A DNA stretch of 63,901 nucleotides, filler included, from Aduncisulcus paluster (taxonomy: Eukaryota), in assembly GCA_024181965.1 (NCBI GenBank). It is 6 parts of 6 records of this genome, joined end to end, with 100 filler letters (N's around TTAATTAATTAA, not from the genome) between each part and the next. Parts side by side here need not be neighbours in the genome. Positions count along the whole stretch, not along the records: positions 59,750 to 63,901 come from BQXS01011178.1; 5 more parts are not named here. One strand, given 5' to 3'. The position numbers and the translations under genes were made by a program. Position 1 is the stretch's first letter; each line of letters starts with the position of its first letter. This document shows, piece by piece, positions 61,115 to 63,901 of this stretch. The notes under the pieces were generated by a model. That model had not been told where the DNA came from. It made no database searches and saw only the letters and a program-made list of their open reading frames with translations.

Positions 61115-61559
61115 ATGTCCGAACCCACGCTAAAGGATGTGATGGACGAAGTGATTGGCATTAAGAGAAGGGTTACTTCAGGGCTTCCGTTATTGTCAAG
61201 AGATGCAAAATCTTTAACTGTAAGAGATTTATATCTTGTGATATCTTTATTTGAAGATATTGAAGGAGAAATATCTGATATTGTGGATGTAATTTCATTT
61301 CGGTTTATTTCCACCTTACTTACTTAGAAGAGAATTTGATAATTCTGTAATTGAAAGAAAAAGAACACTCGGATCCGATATAAAAAAGAAAATTGTAAAG
61401 GAAGAATTTATGACCAATGATGTTTTCAAAAGAATTTTCGCCTCCAGCACTGAATCTGAACTGATGTCTTTTTATGGAGCATTCATTAAGGCTCGTGTAG
61501 TAGATAAATTCCGGAATTTGAAAAGATCAACTACACTGCTGAAACAGGAGAAAGAATGA
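61115..61559 (+). pseudogene. Frameshifted orphan ORF (~146 aa if one CTTA unit is removed)
   Basis: (CTTA)3 at 61315-61326 creates a TAG. Deleting 4 nt continues ...STLLRREFDNSVIERKR...KQEKE to TGA at 61557-61559. Confidence 0.5.
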
Positions 61560-61575
61560 ATGGGGCCATATATAG

Positions 61576-63168
61576 GTCGTACCGTTACGTGAACTCTATA
61601 AGCTTTCTGGGGGAAAAAAGAAGTGGACTGAATGTATTGTAGCTGATGTATTGGAAATCATTATTACATTAGTGGATGCTGCTGACATTAAAACGTCTAC
61701 AGGTAGGAAAAGTTTATTGGAGAAGGTTACTGAGTTGTTTGTTACGAAAGATGTAGTTGAATTTTACCGGAGATTAGATGGATGTAAAATGGAACGTTCT
61801 TTGTCCATCGATGCCTATTTACGTTATATTACGAAGTTTAAAGCCATTTCAAAGCAATTCGACAAGTTAGGTTCTGATAAGAGGGTGCTTAACAAGTTCA
61901 TTGATGGTTTGTATACGGAGTCGTTAAGGAGTGCCGTAATGGCCAGTCTGGATGAGAAGGACGAAGAAGAGGATCTTAAGGTCGGTTTTCGAGAAGGTTT
62001 AGCCCAAATCAAGGTGCTAATTAAGGCTCATACAATTCAGAAACAGTTATGGCAAGAACTCGGAGAAAAAGGAGGTTCTGGAAGGAAATTTAAAGGAACG
62101 TGTGACAAATGTGGTGCTAGAGGACATAAGGCTTATCAGTGTAAGGCAGAGTCGAAAGAGACAGCTCGAGGGGAGAAGAAACAGGGAAAAACTTCGGCTC
62201 CAGCGTCTTATCCGAGATTCTTTAAGGGAGTCTTTTGCAGAAAATGTCATCAAGAAGGGCATTATGCAAACCAGTGTAAACCAGAGGTGGTTAAAGTTGT
62301 ATCTCAGGTGTCCTGCACGGAAACAAACCCGTTCGAAAGAACAGCGCAATTATTGAATGATAAGTCAGTTATCGTCATGGAGGCTCCGTTACTCTTGGAT
62401 ACCGGTGCTTCTGTATCAGTGGTAAACTCAAATCTGGTGGATAAATTAGAATGTTTGATCAATGTTAACCGAGAGGAATGCAGTCACATTGTTGAACTTG
62501 GTTCAGGTGAGACTAAGAATGTAAGCTCACAGATAAAATTGACTCTTCAAGTTCCAGGAGCAGGACACACAGTGTCTTTTGAAGAAACCTTCATCATTAT
62601 GGAAATGGCGAAGGAGGTATCACATGATTTATTGTTGTCAGGAAAGACAATTAAGAGAGTGGGAATCCCTCTGGACCTATTTGAGAAAGAAGAAGCAATT
62701 TCGAAGGAAAGTGAAGCTGCCCCAGTGGGTTTGGGCGAAATTTCACTCAAGCTTGGTGACTTACGTTGTGAGAATGAGAGGTTGGCATCGAAAATTAATC
62801 CTTTGTTGGATGATTATATAAGGAAAGTCGACCCGGCTTTACCTGCAAAGGTGACACCGTTCAAAATTGAGTTAACGGAAAAGGAAACGGTCGTTGCTAT
62901 GAAACCAAGACGAGTACCATATCATTGGATGGGAGAATTGAAGAAAACTATCCATGACTTGAGGGAAAAGGGATATATTTTTGAAGGAAGAAGTGAATTT
63001 GCATCACCTCTTCGATTAGTCCCTAAAGGTGAAGGAATAAGAATGTGCGTTGATTATTCAGCGGTGAATAAGATTATTAAATCTGACGAACACCCAATTC
63101 CTGTGCAAAATGATCTTTTCCTGGCTTTAGATCATTTATTGAATAAACATGCTAACGTCATACAATAA
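61576..63168 (+). mobile_element. Ty3/Gypsy-type LTR retrotransposon gag-pol fragment (gag, two zinc knuckles, protease, RT N-terminus), truncated at both ends
   Basis: CDKCGARGHKAYQC and CRKCHQEGHYANQC; LLDTGAS; PRRVPY...LREKGYI...SEFASPLRLVPK...RMCVDYSAVNK...HPIP. RT follows protease directly. The frame ends before YxDD. Confidence 0.92.
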
Positions 63169-63178
63169 TATTATTAGA

Positions 63179-63901
63179 ATGACACCAAAAGATAGTAAGA
63201 ATGATACTACGAACGCGATGAAAACCGTTTTAACAACCGAAGCCGCTCCAACGATGCCGCGTCTAGAAGAGCTGACAAGCGAGTCCTGGATCGATTTTAT
63301 GGCTGGTCATGAACATTACATTAGTTTGGGGGGCCACAAGAAATGGCCAGAATTGGTGGATGTGACCGTACTGGACATTATAAAGGACTTATCGAAAGTC
63401 CCGGATTTCAAGACACCGACGAACAGAAAGGCAGCTCGAACGGCAGTAGACAAGATTTTCGGAGCCAGTACAACGATTGATTTGTACGACGAGTTAAGAC
63501 GGATCAATATGAAGAAGGAATTGACCATAAATGCTTTACTGAAGTATACGAAGGAATTCAAGGGAGTCAGGAACAGAGTGCCGAAGTTGGGCGAAGAAAA
63601 ATCCATTGGAGACCATTTCGTCGAAGGACTGCATACAAAACGATTAAAGGAATGCCTCATGGCACAAATGTCTGACACCACGACATTAGGAACCTTAATT
63701 GGAATCGCCATCGTGGAATTGAAGAAAATCATCGAGTCTGAACGGACTCACGACGCACTGGAGAAAGAAAAACAAAGTGCGGATACTCGTGGAAGTCAGC
63801 GGAGTCAAGGGAGAATAATCTGCAGATTCTGCGGTAAAGCAGGGCATGTTGAAGCGAATTGCTGGTATAAGACCGGTAAAAGGAGATTTAGTGGTTCTCA
63901 G
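63179..63901 (+). mobile_element. Second, related retrotransposon gag ORF (241 codons, runs off the window; absent from the ORF track)
   Basis: MTPKDSKND...EHYISLGGHKKWPELVDVTVLDII...HFVEGLHTKRLKECLMA...CRFCGKAGHVEANC (CCHC knuckle); aligns by eye with the upstream gag. Confidence 0.88.

Noticed and set aside
63316..63732. 138-aa minus-strand ORF
   Set aside because: Antisense shadow of the plus-strand gag starting at 63179.
1..63901. Alternative genetic code (TAA/TAG = Gln, as in hexamitid diplomonads)
   Set aside because: Multi-kilobase ORFs are open in the standard code, and TAA, TAG and TGA all end genes at sensible positions.

Overview
This is AT-rich, gene-dense, intron-poor eukaryotic (protist) DNA in the standard genetic code. 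Two gene families (the kinase at 38.0-41.1 kb and the beta-rich domain at 59.1-59.6 kb) resemble, from memory only, families expanded in the free-living fornicate Aduncisulcus paluster. The window is not contiguous: five artificial linkers (44 N + TTAATTAATTAA + 44 N) join six scaffolds (1-10356, 10457-37933, 38034-48068, 48169-51908, 52009-59649, 59750-63901). Many apparent split ORFs come from exact assembly duplications; collapsing them restores single frames. Genes in order: 3' end of a probable RNB/Dis3-family nuclease, a half-size ABCA transporter, an orphan with a duplicated domain, SMC1 (5' part), a large orphan, a ~3,900-aa EGF-rich surface protein, head-to-head RRP7 and MAK21/NOC1, an FBXL4-N-like/BTB fusion, a small orphan, an intron-containing HEATR3/Syo1-like gene, a frameshifted kinase with helical repeats, and several large low-complexity or ARM-like orphans. 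The last scaffold is rich in transposon remnants: a BED-finger hAT-like transposase, a frameshifted orphan, a Ty3/Gypsy gag-pol, and a second gag that the ORF track misses. No novel system is proven. The best leads are the ribosome-biogenesis gene grouping, the FBXL4-N/BTB fusion, the giant modular receptor and the retroelement pair.
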